Origin: an uncultured Bacteroidaceae bacterium | GTDB lineage: Bacteria; Bacteroidota; Bacteroidia; Bacteroidales; SM23-62 | Reading direction: 5' to 3' | Length of the DNA stretch: 64,000 bases | Assembly (NCBI GenBank): GCA_964574985.1 | Contig: CAZNPH010000008.1 | Coordinates: 13 to 64,012, forward strand | Shown here: positions 29,858 to 40,000 of the stretch, piece after piece | Position numbering within the stretch: the stretch's first letter is position 1 | How the letters are laid out: every line of letters starts with the position of its first letter | Translations under genes and position numbers: made by a program | The notes under the pieces: generated by a model | What the model was told of the DNA's origin: nothing | Database searches by the model: none | Seen by the model: only the letters and a program-made list of their open reading frames with translations

Positions 29858-29944
29858 CGGAGAAAGAGGGATTCGAACCCCCGGTACCCCGAAGGGTACA
29901 ACGGTTTTCGAGACCGCCCCGTTCGACCGCTCCGGCATTTCTCC
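29858..29944 (-). tRNA. tRNA-Ser (anticodon CGA)
   Basis: The minus strand reads GGAGAAATGCCGGAGCGGTCGAACGGGGCGGTCTCGAAAACCGTTGTACCCTTCGGGGTACCGGGGGTTCGAATCCCTCTTTCTCCG. It has a 7-bp acceptor stem, anticodon loop CT-CGA-AA, a long variable arm (class II) and a GGTTCGAATCC T-loop. CCA is not encoded. Confidence 0.95.
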
Positions 29945-29948
29945 ATTG

Positions 29949-29956
29949 CAAAGATA
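29949..29956 (-). promoter_or_regulatory. Candidate -7 promoter box (TATCTTTG) for tRNA-Ser
   Basis: The minus strand reads TATCTTTG and ends 4 nt before the mature tRNA 5' end. Confidence 0.5.
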
Positions 29957-29968
29957 GAAATATAAGTT

Positions 29969-30367
29969 TTGCCACCTTTACATTTTGACTGCCTAATCAG
30001 CAAAATAAAATTTTTCTGTTTTACTGCGGTGGGACTGGCCGGATTGATCGTGACCCAAAACGGATGCAAAACTTCAGACAGAAATGGTCAGGCGGAAAAT
30101 AAACCGGAAAAACGTCCGAACATCATTCTTTGCATGGCGGATGACCAGGGATGGGGAGATGCAGCTCCTGTTTGTTCCCCAACCCGGGGTAGCGTCATGA
30201 CGGGAAGGCATCCCAACCGTTTTGGGTGTTTCACATGGGGTCGCGGACTCCGGGTTCCGGCGATCATTGAGTGGCCGTTATTGATCACTCAAAACAGGAT
30301 TACGGATATTCCTGCCGGCAGAATGGTCAGTGATTCATCACGCCTGCGGCTGGATGTCGGTGATTAG
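29969..30367 (+). pseudogene. Sulfatase relic: three conserved sulfatase blocks fused in one short frame
   Basis: 132-aa ORF with a TTG start and no ATG before the first conserved block. It contains a lipoprotein-like leader ([12 protein letters not shown]). [14 protein letters not shown] is joined directly to [22 protein letters not shown], and that to [10 protein letters not shown]. In intact sulfatases these blocks are separated by tens to hundreds of residues. Confidence 0.65.
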
Positions 30368-30456
30368 AAGTCTGAACGGAAAGGACTACCCTGATAATTG
30401 ACTTTTACTTGAACAAGCCGTAACTTTATGGTGATAATCGATTAAGGACCGTTGTC

Positions 30457-30885
30457 ATGATATCCAAGCTCAAAATCAACTATCTATGCCCCCATTGCAG
30501 GTCATACCTGAGGGTCTGGAACAATATAATTTTTACCGTCCGTTCCCCGGACGGGGGAAAAAGGGGATTGCTCCTGCTGAACCCTGAACTGGGAAAGTAT
30601 GATTTCATCAGTCACTATTCCCTGATAATAGAGGAAGGAGAAATACTTGATTTTTACTGCCCGGTTTGCGGGGAGAACCTTAAGGCCTCCGATATAAGTG
30701 AACAGATGGCCTGGGTGGTCATGACCGATGAGGAAGGAAAGGAATACGACGTGTATTTTTCCAGGATCTGCGGTGAACACTCAACATTCAAGATCAAGGA
30801 AGACGACATTATCGAAAAATACGGCAAGGACATTTCAAGCTATATGAACTATTTTGTTTCGAAACTTAAAAAATACAAGGAGTAG
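30457..30885 (+). CDS. Hypothetical protein with two CxxC pairs (zinc-ribbon-like)
   Basis: 142-aa ORF with an ATG start. CPHC at residues 11-14 and CPVC around residue 68. No recognisable family. Confidence 0.5.
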   Translation: MISKLKINYLCPHCRSYLRVWNNIIFTVRSPDGGKRGLLLLNPELGKYDFISHYSLIIEEGEILDFYCPVCGENLKASDISEQMAWVVMTDEEGKEYDVYFSRICGEHSTFKIKEDDIIEKYGKDISSYMNYFVSKLKKYKE

Positions 30886-30901
30886 AATACAAAACAGAAT
30901 C

Positions 30902-32863
30902 TTAAAACTCCCAGGTGATCCCTGCCATGATCCACCGCCCGGGCATCCGGGCGCCCAAAAAATCAGAATACTCCACATCAAAAAGGTTGTTGGCCTGCAA
31001 CGTGGCGCTGAGGGATTTTTTCCAGAGGAATGCTTTGATCTTTGCGTTCCAGACCATGTATGAAGGGTGCAGCCGGCTGTTGATGGACTCTGCCTTTTCC
31101 CGGTCCCGCTGCTTCCACAAGGCATTGATACTTACACTGTACCTGCCGGTCATGACCGTTGTATGCAGTTTGAGCAGATACCTCGCGTGGCCGGAAATAT
31201 ATTTGGAAACCACGGGCTGATCGCTTTCTGAGTGCAGGAAAGTAAAAGCGAGTCCGCCTTCCCATTCTGTGCCCTCTTCTAACTGGAAGGAAGATTCGAT
31301 TGCGGTTTCAAGGCCTGTTGTGTTCAGTCCGGCAATATTTTTTGCATAGAAGTATTCTTCGCCGGATTGAAGATTCCCGGCATCCGGGATATGTTCTTCA
31401 CGTGTTTGCACAAAATCGATGAGGTCCCTGGAAAATCTTTTAAATGCGGTGGCCCTGATCAGCAGATGGGTCGAAAGGTTGTAATCCGTTCCGGCTTCCA
31501 GGTTCCAGGACGATTCCGGTGTAAGCAGGGGATTTCCGAGATTGCGCCCGGGGGACAGCGGTCCTTCCAGATGGGTGGATACATATCTTTCCGTAAAATC
31601 GGGGGTCCGTATGGCCCGGCCTGCTGATCCCCGCAGGGTCAGGTCTTTCCTGGCATATGAAAGGTTGATCTGCGGGAGAATCTCGGCAGCATACAGGGGA
31701 TTGAAATGCATCCGCAGGCTGGCCAGCAGGGAGAGTCCGGCCGGCAAAGTTTTGAGGGCCGACATGTGAATGCCGGTCATATGCTCCCGGTGGTCGCCCC
31801 GGTCATTGCTCCGGATATTCATCCTTTGGTGGTCTATGCCACCGCTTATCTTCATTTTATCCGTCAGAAACACGGAATGTTCCCACTGCAGAACCAGGAG
31901 TCCGGCTTCATGATGATTGACAGGAAACGCGGGATTGAACCGGAATGTATCCCGGGTGATGTTGTATCCGATCCTGAGCGCCGACCGTTGTCCGGATCCG
32001 GGTGAATATGTTATCTGCGCCTGGTTCCGGAACTTTCTGACTTTTTCCCTGGAAAGGTCGAACGGACTGCTGGTATAGAAGAAGCGTGCGTTGAAATCAC
32101 GGGTATCCAGTCCCGACCGCAGGGCAAACCGGATCTTTGAAGAGGGTTCCGCGGCAAGTGAAACGGACACTGTGCGAATATCGAAATCTCCGTTCAAAGT
32201 GTCGCCTGCCAGGGGATGTCCTTCCGAACGGTTGAGTCCGAATCCGCCCCCCACCAATAAATTCTTTGTTTTATAGTTAATCCCGGAATGGGCACCGAAC
32301 AGGTCGTGCTGACCGTACGTGCCGCTGATCTGCCCGCTGAATCCGCCGGGGCCGCTGATCCCGTCAAAGGTTTTGGTAATGATGTTTACCACCCCGCCTA
32401 CCGCATCCGGGCCATATAAGGCAGCGGATGCGCCCCGGATGATCTCGATCCTCCTGATGTCATGGAGCGCCACCGGGATCTGGTGATTGAAATGACCGGT
32501 CAGGGGATCATTCACCCTTACTCCGTCCAGCAGGATCAGCACCTGGTTGAAAGTGCAGCCCCTGAGGGAGAGATCGGATTGCACACCGAACGGCCCCCGG
32601 GAACGGATATCGAAAGAGGTAAGGTGCATGAACAATTCATCGAGGGAGTGAACAGGCAACCGGCGGATGTCGTCCGGTCCCAGAATGGTGATATGCCTTC
32701 CGGCATTTCCGGAAACGGCATCGATCCTGGAAGAGCGTATCTCCAGCTCGTCGATCATGATCATGGAATCCAGGACCTGTGCATTCGAGGGGGGCAAACC
32801 GGAAAAAAGGAACCGGAAGCTCAGCAGGATCACCGGGATATATTTTTTAACGGACTTGATCAT
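30902..32863 (-). CDS. TonB-dependent receptor, BtuB-like in size and plug sequence
   Basis: 653-aa ORF with a signal peptide. Plug segments [22 protein letters not shown] and [29 protein letters not shown] resemble E. coli BtuB [21 protein letters not shown] and [26 protein letters not shown]. The C-terminus ends ...GITWEF. Confidence 0.85.
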   Translation of the reverse strand: [653 protein letters not shown]

Positions 32864-32882
32864 GGTTTCGGGTTCCGGACTC

Positions 32883-32890
32883 CAAATGTA
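32883..32890 (-). promoter_or_regulatory. Candidate -7 promoter box (TACATTTG) proximal to the BtuB-like receptor
   Basis: The minus strand reads TACATTTG, 19 nt upstream of the ATG at 32863. Confidence 0.4.
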
Positions 32891-33162
32891 CGATTCGTTC
32901 CGTAAATATTTTTATGAATCCGCCATGAAACGGAGGTTTTTAATTTTTGACCTTCCGGCCATTGTTTGTATGCCCCCTCACCGATACGGTGGCAAGCCGC
33001 AGGTTGAAACCGAATAAAGGTTCGCCGGCCCGTGCAAACCGGAAGCGTTTCAGAATCCGGCTTACTGAGGCCACACGGACATGAATTTCCGGCCGGGCGC
33101 TTCACGGATTGCCACATTTCTTTGTATATTGATCCCCTGGTAATCCCAATCAATCATCTTAT

Positions 33163-34218
33163 ATGGCACCAAAATTTCAGCGCCATCCCGAAAACCCCAT
33201 TGTCCGGGCCGGGAAATACGACTGGCGCATGGCGGTCACCCTGAATCCCGCGGTGATCTATGACAAGGGAAAGTTCTACATGTATGAAAGGGCAGGGGGG
33301 CAGCTGCGCCCTTTCCAGTGCACCATCGGGATGCTGGAAAGCGATGACGGGATACATTTCAAACATACGGTGGACCACCCGGTTCTGAGTCCGGAAACGT
33401 GCGGATGCAAATACGGCAGCGTACAGGATCCACGGGTGGTAAAGATCGGAGATGCCTTCTATATGACCTTTGCATTCCGGCCCTATGCCTGGCATAGTAG
33501 TCCGACCGGACTCGGCGTGCCGGATTCCCGGCAGGGTGAGTTTCCGGGGTTCAGCGGCAAAGACGAGGATAACCAGAGCCGTTCGGGTGTAGCGGTTTCC
33601 AGAGACGGATTGCACTGGGAGATTGCCGGATGGGTGAATCCCAAAACCATGGACGACCGGAATGTCATTCTCTTTCCGGAAAAGATCGGCAGCCGCTTTG
33701 CAGCACTCAGGCGCCCGAGCCCCAGGGTGGGGACCGATACCAGGCACAGCGATGAACATCCCTGTATCCGCCTCAGTTATTCCGAAGATCTGAACCACTG
33801 GACCGAACCGGAAGTGGTGATCCGGCCCGATCTGAAATGGGAGAACAACCGGATCGGGGGTTCAACACCCCCCATTCGCACTGAACACGGCTGGCTGGTC
33901 TTCTACCACGGGGTGGAAAACAATTATCCTCCCACCCGAAGGGTCATCTACCGGATGAGCGCCATGCTCCTTGATCCGGAAAATCCCCTGAAAGTACTGG
34001 CCCGATGCCCCGATCCCCTCATGGAGCCGGAGGAATATTATGAGTTGTTCGGACTGTACATTCCCAATGTGATCTTTCCCACCGGTGCCGTGGTAAAGGA
34101 AGGGATCATATATCTCTACTACGGAGTATGTGATACGGCCATTGCCCTGGCCACGGTCCCCCTGCAGGAAGTGGTCGATCACCTGCTTAAGTACAGAACC
34201 GGCTACAAATCCCCTTAA
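33163..34218 (+). CDS. GH130-family glycoside phosphorylase/hydrolase (beta-mannoside-type), no signal peptide
   Basis: 351-aa ORF. GH130/DUF377-like blocks FQRHPENPIV, NPAVIYDKGKFYMYERA, DPRVVKIGDAFYMTFA, GGSTPPIRTEHGWLVFYHGV and IIYLYYGVCDTAIALA. Confidence 0.8.
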   Translation: MAPKFQRHPENPIVRAGKYDWRMAVTLNPAVIYDKGKFYMYERAGGQLRPFQCTIGMLESDDGIHFKHTVDHPVLSPETCGCKYGSVQDPRVVKIGDAFYMTFAFRPYAWHSSPTGLGVPDSRQGEFPGFSGKDEDNQSRSGVAVSRDGLHWEIAGWVNPKTMDDRNVILFPEKIGSRFAALRRPSPRVGTDTRHSDEHPCIRLSYSEDLNHWTEPEVVIRPDLKWENNRIGGSTPPIRTEHGWLVFYHGVENNYPPTRRVIYRMSAMLLDPENPLKVLARCPDPLMEPEEYYELFGLYIPNVIFPTGAVVKEGIIYLYYGVCDTAIALATVPLQEVVDHLLKYRTGYKSP

Positions 34219-34222
34219 TCAT

Positions 34223-35155
34223 ATGCAACGTGCAAAGATCACCGGTAAGCGCAGGATCAGCCTGGTAAAGGCGCCGGTACCTGAAACGGGAACCCATGAA
34301 ATCCGGATCCGTGTAAAATGCTGCGGCATCTGCGGATCAGATATCTATGAGTACCTTTATCCCCAGGAAGCCACCGAACACCTGGGGCACGAATATGCCG
34401 GCGTGGTCGAGGAAGCTGGTTCCGAAGTCAGGGGACTGAAGGTTGGAGACCGGGTGGCCGCCTATGAATATGAAGCCGGGGGGTTTGCGGATTTTGCGGT
34501 TTTTTCTGCTGAAAGGGCGGTGCTCCTTCCCGGGAACATGAGCATGGAGGAAGGGGCCATGCTGGAGCCGGTCACCGTGGTACTTTCGGGATTGCGTTTC
34601 AGCGGGTACCGGCCCGGTGATACGGTGCTTGTATCCGGTTGCGGAACCCTGGGGTTGACCGGAATTCAATTGCTTAAATCTTTCGGGGCCAGAAAGATCC
34701 TGGCGGTAGAGCCCAACCGGTTCCGCCGGCAAAGTGCCTGGTCAGCCGGTGCCGATGAGGTGTTGGATCCGCAAGAGGGCTCTGTCAGGGAATTTGTTCT
34801 GGATATGCTGGGTGAAAAAGCGGATTTTTCCCTGGAGTGTGCGGGTAACGGACAAAGCATCCTGTCCTGTGCAGAATCAACAAAGCGGGGCCATATGGTA
34901 TGCACGCTGGGACTTACCCCGGAACCTCTGAACATTTCTTCCCTGAAACTTTTCACCAGGGATGTTAAACTCCAGGGAGTTACCCCCTATGATTTCAATA
35001 TGTTTCAGGTGGCGCTCCGGCTGACCCTGGAAAAAAAGATCGATCCGGGATATCTGATCACTCATCATTACAGGCTGGAGGAAATCAATGAAGCATTTGC
35101 CCTGGCTGGAATGAAAGAAACCGAAGCCATCAAGGTCATGGTGGATATCAGCTGA
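34223..35155 (+). CDS. Zinc-dependent alcohol/polyol dehydrogenase (MDR family)
   Basis: The ATG at 34223 (MQRAKITGK) is preferred, because the track start at 34130 lies inside the GH130 gene. Motifs CGICGSDIYEY, GHEYAGVVEEAGSEV and the Rossmann segment VSGCGTLGL. Confidence 0.85.
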   Translation: MQRAKITGKRRISLVKAPVPETGTHEIRIRVKCCGICGSDIYEYLYPQEATEHLGHEYAGVVEEAGSEVRGLKVGDRVAAYEYEAGGFADFAVFSAERAVLLPGNMSMEEGAMLEPVTVVLSGLRFSGYRPGDTVLVSGCGTLGLTGIQLLKSFGARKILAVEPNRFRRQSAWSAGADEVLDPQEGSVREFVLDMLGEKADFSLECAGNGQSILSCAESTKRGHMVCTLGLTPEPLNISSLKLFTRDVKLQGVTPYDFNMFQVALRLTLEKKIDPGYLITHHYRLEEINEAFALAGMKETEAIKVMVDIS

Positions 35156-36035
35156 TATTTTTTTTCATTTCCTGCCCGGAGATGATCCTGTCTTCGGTAA
35201 TGAACTTGTCTGCCAGTTTATTGGGGATCTTCTCGAAATAGTAGTTTTCGGGTCTGACCATGTATGGCGGATTATCCCATATCTCTCCGGCCGGTTTCCT
35301 GGCTTCTTCAAATTCGTTATTCGCGGTTTCTCCGGTTTCGGGGCACAGTTTCCTGCTGTCTGAGATCACATACAGGGGTACTCCGTATTCCCGGCAGGCC
35401 AGGGCAATGCTGTGTGTCCCGGTTTTGTTGATGAAATAATCCGCCCTGATGTAATCCGATCCTACAATGGCCATATCGATCCCGGGGATATACCGTGTAA
35501 CGGCCGCATCAATGACCAGGAAAACCTCAAATCCCAGTTCGCTCAGTATGGAAGCCTGCAGGCGCCCTTCGTACCCGGGACGGGATTCGGTCTGGATGAT
35601 CCTTGCCCTGAGGTTTCTGTCATTCATGTATTCAAACAGGGTGCGAACGGCGCTGCTGTTGCTATGCAGGAGAATATGCTTTCCTGAAACCTCAATATTC
35701 CTGCAGAAATTCCGGGCAAGCCCCATGTTCACATTTTCCCATTTCCAGACATACTGGTCGATGAACCCGGCGGCATCGTTTTTCCAGGCTTTTCTGCCGT
35801 CCTGCCCGAGATGCAGGATGAATTGATCCAGAAAATGCTCCAGTGCCTTGAACTGGTTGTAATGGCCATGAAAGGATTCCAGCAACCCGATCAGTTTTTC
35901 TTTTTCCTGGGAGGGTCCTGTTTCGCCTTTTTTAAGATAATCGTTCAGGTACCGGATGAGCTTGTTCAGAATCTCCACCGATCCGGAATGCTTATCCCTT
36001 TTCAGCTGTTTGATTTTCTTAAAAGTCTGGATCAT
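35148..36035 (-). CDS. IF-2B family protein (eIF-2B alpha/beta/delta, MtnA, ribose-1,5-bisphosphate isomerase-like)
   Basis: 295-aa ORF. The C-terminal block IVGSDYIRADYFINKTGTHSIALACREYGVPLYVISDS resembles the VGADRI..NGD..NKIGTY..A..A...G.PFYV block of this family. Its 3' end overlaps the dehydrogenase gene by 8 nt. Confidence 0.6.
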   Translation of the reverse strand: MIQTFKKIKQLKRDKHSGSVEILNKLIRYLNDYLKKGETGPSQEKEKLIGLLESFHGHYNQFKALEHFLDQFILHLGQDGRKAWKNDAAGFIDQYVWKWENVNMGLARNFCRNIEVSGKHILLHSNSSAVRTLFEYMNDRNLRARIIQTESRPGYEGRLQASILSELGFEVFLVIDAAVTRYIPGIDMAIVGSDYIRADYFINKTGTHSIALACREYGVPLYVISDSRKLCPETGETANNEFEEARKPAGEIWDNPPYMVRPENYYFEKIPNKLADKFITEDRIISGQEMKKNIS

Positions 36036-36213
36036 TTTACCGGATCATTGATTCCGGAGAAATTGCTTGAACTGATAAATTTAGGATTTTGAAAGGAGAA
36101 AACATGGAATTCACAGGGAAAATCAGCCATGTTCTGCCATGTTTATTCATAACGCAGGGCATTGGCCGGATTGTTGCCGGTATAACCTTGTGTTTTTTAT
36201 AAATTTACATGAT

Positions 36214-36906
36214 ATGGAAAACAAAGGGAACAGCAAGGGCATATCTTTTCCCGATCCCGGTCTCGCGGGGGGAGACGGACTCCTGACGGTGGGAGGTGAC
36301 CTTTCCCCGGAGACACTGGTGAATGCATATTCCCACGGGATTTTTCCGTGGTATCATGAGAGTTCACCCATTCTCTGGTGGTCACCGGATCCCAGGATGA
36401 TTCTTTTTCCTGCTGAATTGAAAGTCTCCAAAAGCCTGAGGCAGGTCCTTCACAAAAATAAATACCGTGTTTCTTTTGACCGGGATTTTGAATCGGTTAT
36501 CGTGCATTGTGCAAAGGTTCCGCGCAAGGGGCAGGAAGGGGATACCTGGATCACCCCGGACATGATCGATGCCTACATCCGTTTGCATGGTGAGGGGCTT
36601 GCCCATTCTGTGGAAGCCTACCTGGGAAATAAACTGGCTGGCGGATTATACGGCGTTTCCCTGGGAAGGGTGTTCTTCGGGGAATCCATGTTTTTCCTGC
36701 AAAGGGATGCTTCAAAAGTTGCCCTGGTGCACCTGGTGGAACGATTGCAGGAGTGGGAATTCGATATGATCGATGTCCAGCAATCCACTGCCCATATGAA
36801 AAGACTGGGAGCACGGGAGATATCCCGCGATGATTTTCTGGCCCGGCTGGTAAGCTCATTGAAAAAACCTTCCATCCGCGGCAACTGGAGCAGAATGTCC
36901 GCATAA
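36214..36906 (+). CDS. aat: Leucyl/phenylalanyl-tRNA--protein transferase
   Basis: The ATG at 36214 (MENKGNSK) is preferred over 36139. Conserved YSHGIFPWY, WWSPDPRMILFP, GGLYGVSLGRVFFGESMF and DVQQSTAHMKRLGAREI. Confidence 0.9.
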   Translation: MENKGNSKGISFPDPGLAGGDGLLTVGGDLSPETLVNAYSHGIFPWYHESSPILWWSPDPRMILFPAELKVSKSLRQVLHKNKYRVSFDRDFESVIVHCAKVPRKGQEGDTWITPDMIDAYIRLHGEGLAHSVEAYLGNKLAGGLYGVSLGRVFFGESMFFLQRDASKVALVHLVERLQEWEFDMIDVQQSTAHMKRLGAREISRDDFLARLVSSLKKPSIRGNWSRMSA

Positions 36907-36991
36907 GGATGCTGTCTTTTCAAGCGTTGCAGGATTTACGGATTCATAGCTCATGATACCGGATTTGAAGGATTAAAATAAACACCAACAG

Positions 36992-37021
36992 AAAGGGCTG
37001 CCCCTTCCGGAACAGCCCTTT
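36992..37021. terminator. Bidirectional terminator hairpin between convergent aat and the PKD-protein gene
   Basis: AAAGGGCTG-(12 nt)-CAGCCCTTT forms a 9-bp stem and has T-rich flanks on both strands. Confidence 0.65.
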
Positions 37022-37046
37022 TCTGTATTTATTCAGTGCGGGATGA

Positions 37047-40000
37047 TCATTTGACCACCATCTTTGTGGTAACCACTTCCCTGCCGGTGATCATCCTCAG
37101 GTAGTAAACCCCACTGCTCAGGCCGGAGCCGTCATATTCAATGACATACCTTCCGGCCGGTTTGGCCTGATCAACCAGTGTCTCAATCTTCCTTCCGGTA
37201 TTATCGTACAGGGAAAGCTGAACTTTGGTGGCTCCCGGTACGGTATACATTATCCTGGTATGATCCCGGAATGGATTCGGGAAGTTGGTCAGCCGGCTGT
37301 CAGGTCCAAAAACATAGGGTATACCCACGCCATAGGAGGTTTCAATATCCTCACATTTTGTCTGGCTGGTCCCTGTCGCGGGATCGGATATGGTCAGACA
37401 GACCGTGTAAACACCCGGCTCTGCATATACATGTGTGGGGGTCAGCGAAGTGGTGTCTTTGTTCCCGTCACCGAAATCCCACTGGAACCGGTTGGCATCG
37501 CCCAGGGATACGCCGATGAAATCAACGGGATATCCTTCCGCCTTGGTGGTTGCACTATCGGCTTCATAGGCAAATCCAACCTGTATTCCTTCATTGGCCT
37601 TGGCCACGTTGATGAGCTTAAAGGCGTTGCTGGTGCTGTTTGTATTCGAATTGGCCACACTGAGATGCACCATGTAGAAGCCGGGAGAGCCGTATGTATG
37701 GCTTGGATTCTGCAGGGTAGACGTCAGGTCATCCCCGAAATCCCAGAACCATCCGTCAGGACTTCCGTAGGAATTGTCCACGAAATCGACTGTCTGGGTC
37801 GCCGAATCAACGGAATACATAAACCTGGCAAAGCATTCCTCCGGAGCGGCTACCTGAACATGCTTGCAGGTGGAGTTGGTAATCCCCGCAGTGTTCTTGA
37901 CCGTCAGGCAGACGTTATAGTAGCCTCCCTTGCTGTATGTATGGCTTGGATTCTGATCGGTCGATTTCTCACCGTCACCGAAGTTCCATAACCAATCGGT
38001 GATATCGCCCCTGGAATCATCCGTGAAGAACACTTCACGTGTAGCCTGGTCCGAACGGTAGATGAAACCGGCTTTACAGTTGTTGGCCAGACTGCCGATC
38101 AGAAGCACATCCTCATAGTAATCCATGCATCCGGTCGATTCGTCAAAAGTGTTCAGTCCGACCGTGAAATAACCCGGTCTGAGATACTGATGCTTGGCCT
38201 TCATACTCGGAGATACGGCACCGTCCCCGAAGAACCAGAGGTAATCGGTGATGTCCCCGACGGTTTTAGGCGTAAAATAGGCGACGTTTGTAGCGGAATC
38301 GACAAAAAATGTAAATTCGGCACCGCAATCGATAGTCCCCACCTGTATGGGTTCGGTGTAACGGTCCATACAGAGTCCGTCTGCATCGGAAACGGTCAGG
38401 GAAACCATGTACAATCCGGGCCGGTCATATTCATGCAGGGGATCCTGTTCCTCCGAATAGGAACCGTCATCGAAATCCCAGAAATAATCGGCAATATTGC
38501 CCCTCGATTTTTCATAGAACTGTACCGTACTGGATGTGGTATCCCCTTTGAAAGTATATTCAAAGAATGAACGGCAGTCTACCGTACCCACCTGGATGAA
38601 CTTGGCCGTGTGGTCCTTGCAATCGTTGGTGGAATCGAATACCGACAGGGCTACCAGGTAATATCCCGCTTTTGTGTATTGGTGGCTGGGGCTTTCCCGG
38701 GCCGATGTGGTTTCGTCCCCGAAGTTCCAGAAATAGTTGGTGATATTCCCGGTGGACTTGTTGTTGAACCGTACGGTACTGGTTTCCATATCAACGAAGA
38801 ATGAGAAATCTGCATTCTGGTTGCACTCGGAGATACCGATCTTGACTTCTTTGCATTTCTTACCGGTACATCCGGTGACATCATCAAAGACGCTCAGGCA
38901 GACTTTGTAGGTGCCCGGACCTCCGTAAAGGTGTTCCGGGTTCCTTTTCTGTATGAAGGATCCGTCACCGAATGTCCAGTACCAGCTGGATATGTTACTG
39001 GATGACTTATCGGTGAAAAACACCTTGCCGGTTGCCGAATCTGCATAGAAGGAGAAATCGGCGAAACAAACGGCTGAATCCGTTGCACTGCCCACCTGGA
39101 TGTCCTTGCATACTTCTGCATAACAATCGGTGATGGAGTCGTATGTCCCCAGGCAAACGGTGTATATGCCGGTATTTTCATAGGCATGTTCCGGATTGGT
39201 GTCCGGGGAGAAGAATCCGTCCCCGAAATCCCAGAAGAATTCGGTGGCATTGGTGGATTCATTGTTGAACAGGGCTGTTTTGGTTGTGTTGTTTACCGTA
39301 TAGGTAAAACCGGCCCTGCAGTTCACAACCCCGGCAACTACTTCACGGCAGATCTGTGCGGCACATCCGGTAAGAGAATCATAAATGGACAGGCATACAT
39401 AGAATACACCGTCCCTGCTGAAATCATGAACGGGATTCTGTTGGGATGACGTTGTGCCGTCTCCGAAATCCCATTGCCAGGATGTGGGTTCGCCCCAGGA
39501 CAGGTCAGTGAAACCGGCCGTTGTCCCGTCGATGGAAAAGTCGAATTTCGCATCGCATTGCAATTCGGCCTCGATAATATAAACATCCTGTGTCTGGCTG
39601 TTGGTCCCGCACCCGTTGGTAACGGTCAGGGTGACCGTATACATTCCTGAACGGGTGTAGGCGTGGACCGGGTTCATTTTCGTGGAAGTGGTCCCGTCGC
39701 CGAAATCCCAGAGGAAGGAGTAGTTAATTTGTGCCGGCTGATACCAATCCATTTCATAGAAGAACTGTATCTCTTCGAGTCTGGGCACATTATACTTATC
39801 CATCCAGAAATGTGCGGATGGCACATTGCTGTAACCGATCACAACCGGACTTTCAAGGGTGTCCGTTCGGCCGCACGCATTGGATGCGATCACAAAAGCA
39901 TCGTAATGCCCGGTATCGGCATAGGCATGTTGCACAAACTGTTCGGTGCTGGTGGCACCGTCCCCGAAATGCCATTCCTGGCTTTGTGCTCCCGCGATCT

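Noticed and set aside
29724-30069. Several 60-77-aa ORFs on both strands overlapping the tRNA-Ser region.
   Set aside because: They overlap a well-formed class II tRNA, its terminator hairpin and its promoter. None has coding features.
37340-39570. Regular ~250-nt periodic repeats that could be mistaken for a CRISPR array or satellite.
   Set aside because: The units are diverged PKD-domain coding repeats inside one continuous ORF. There are no short identical direct repeats with unique spacers, and no cas genes.
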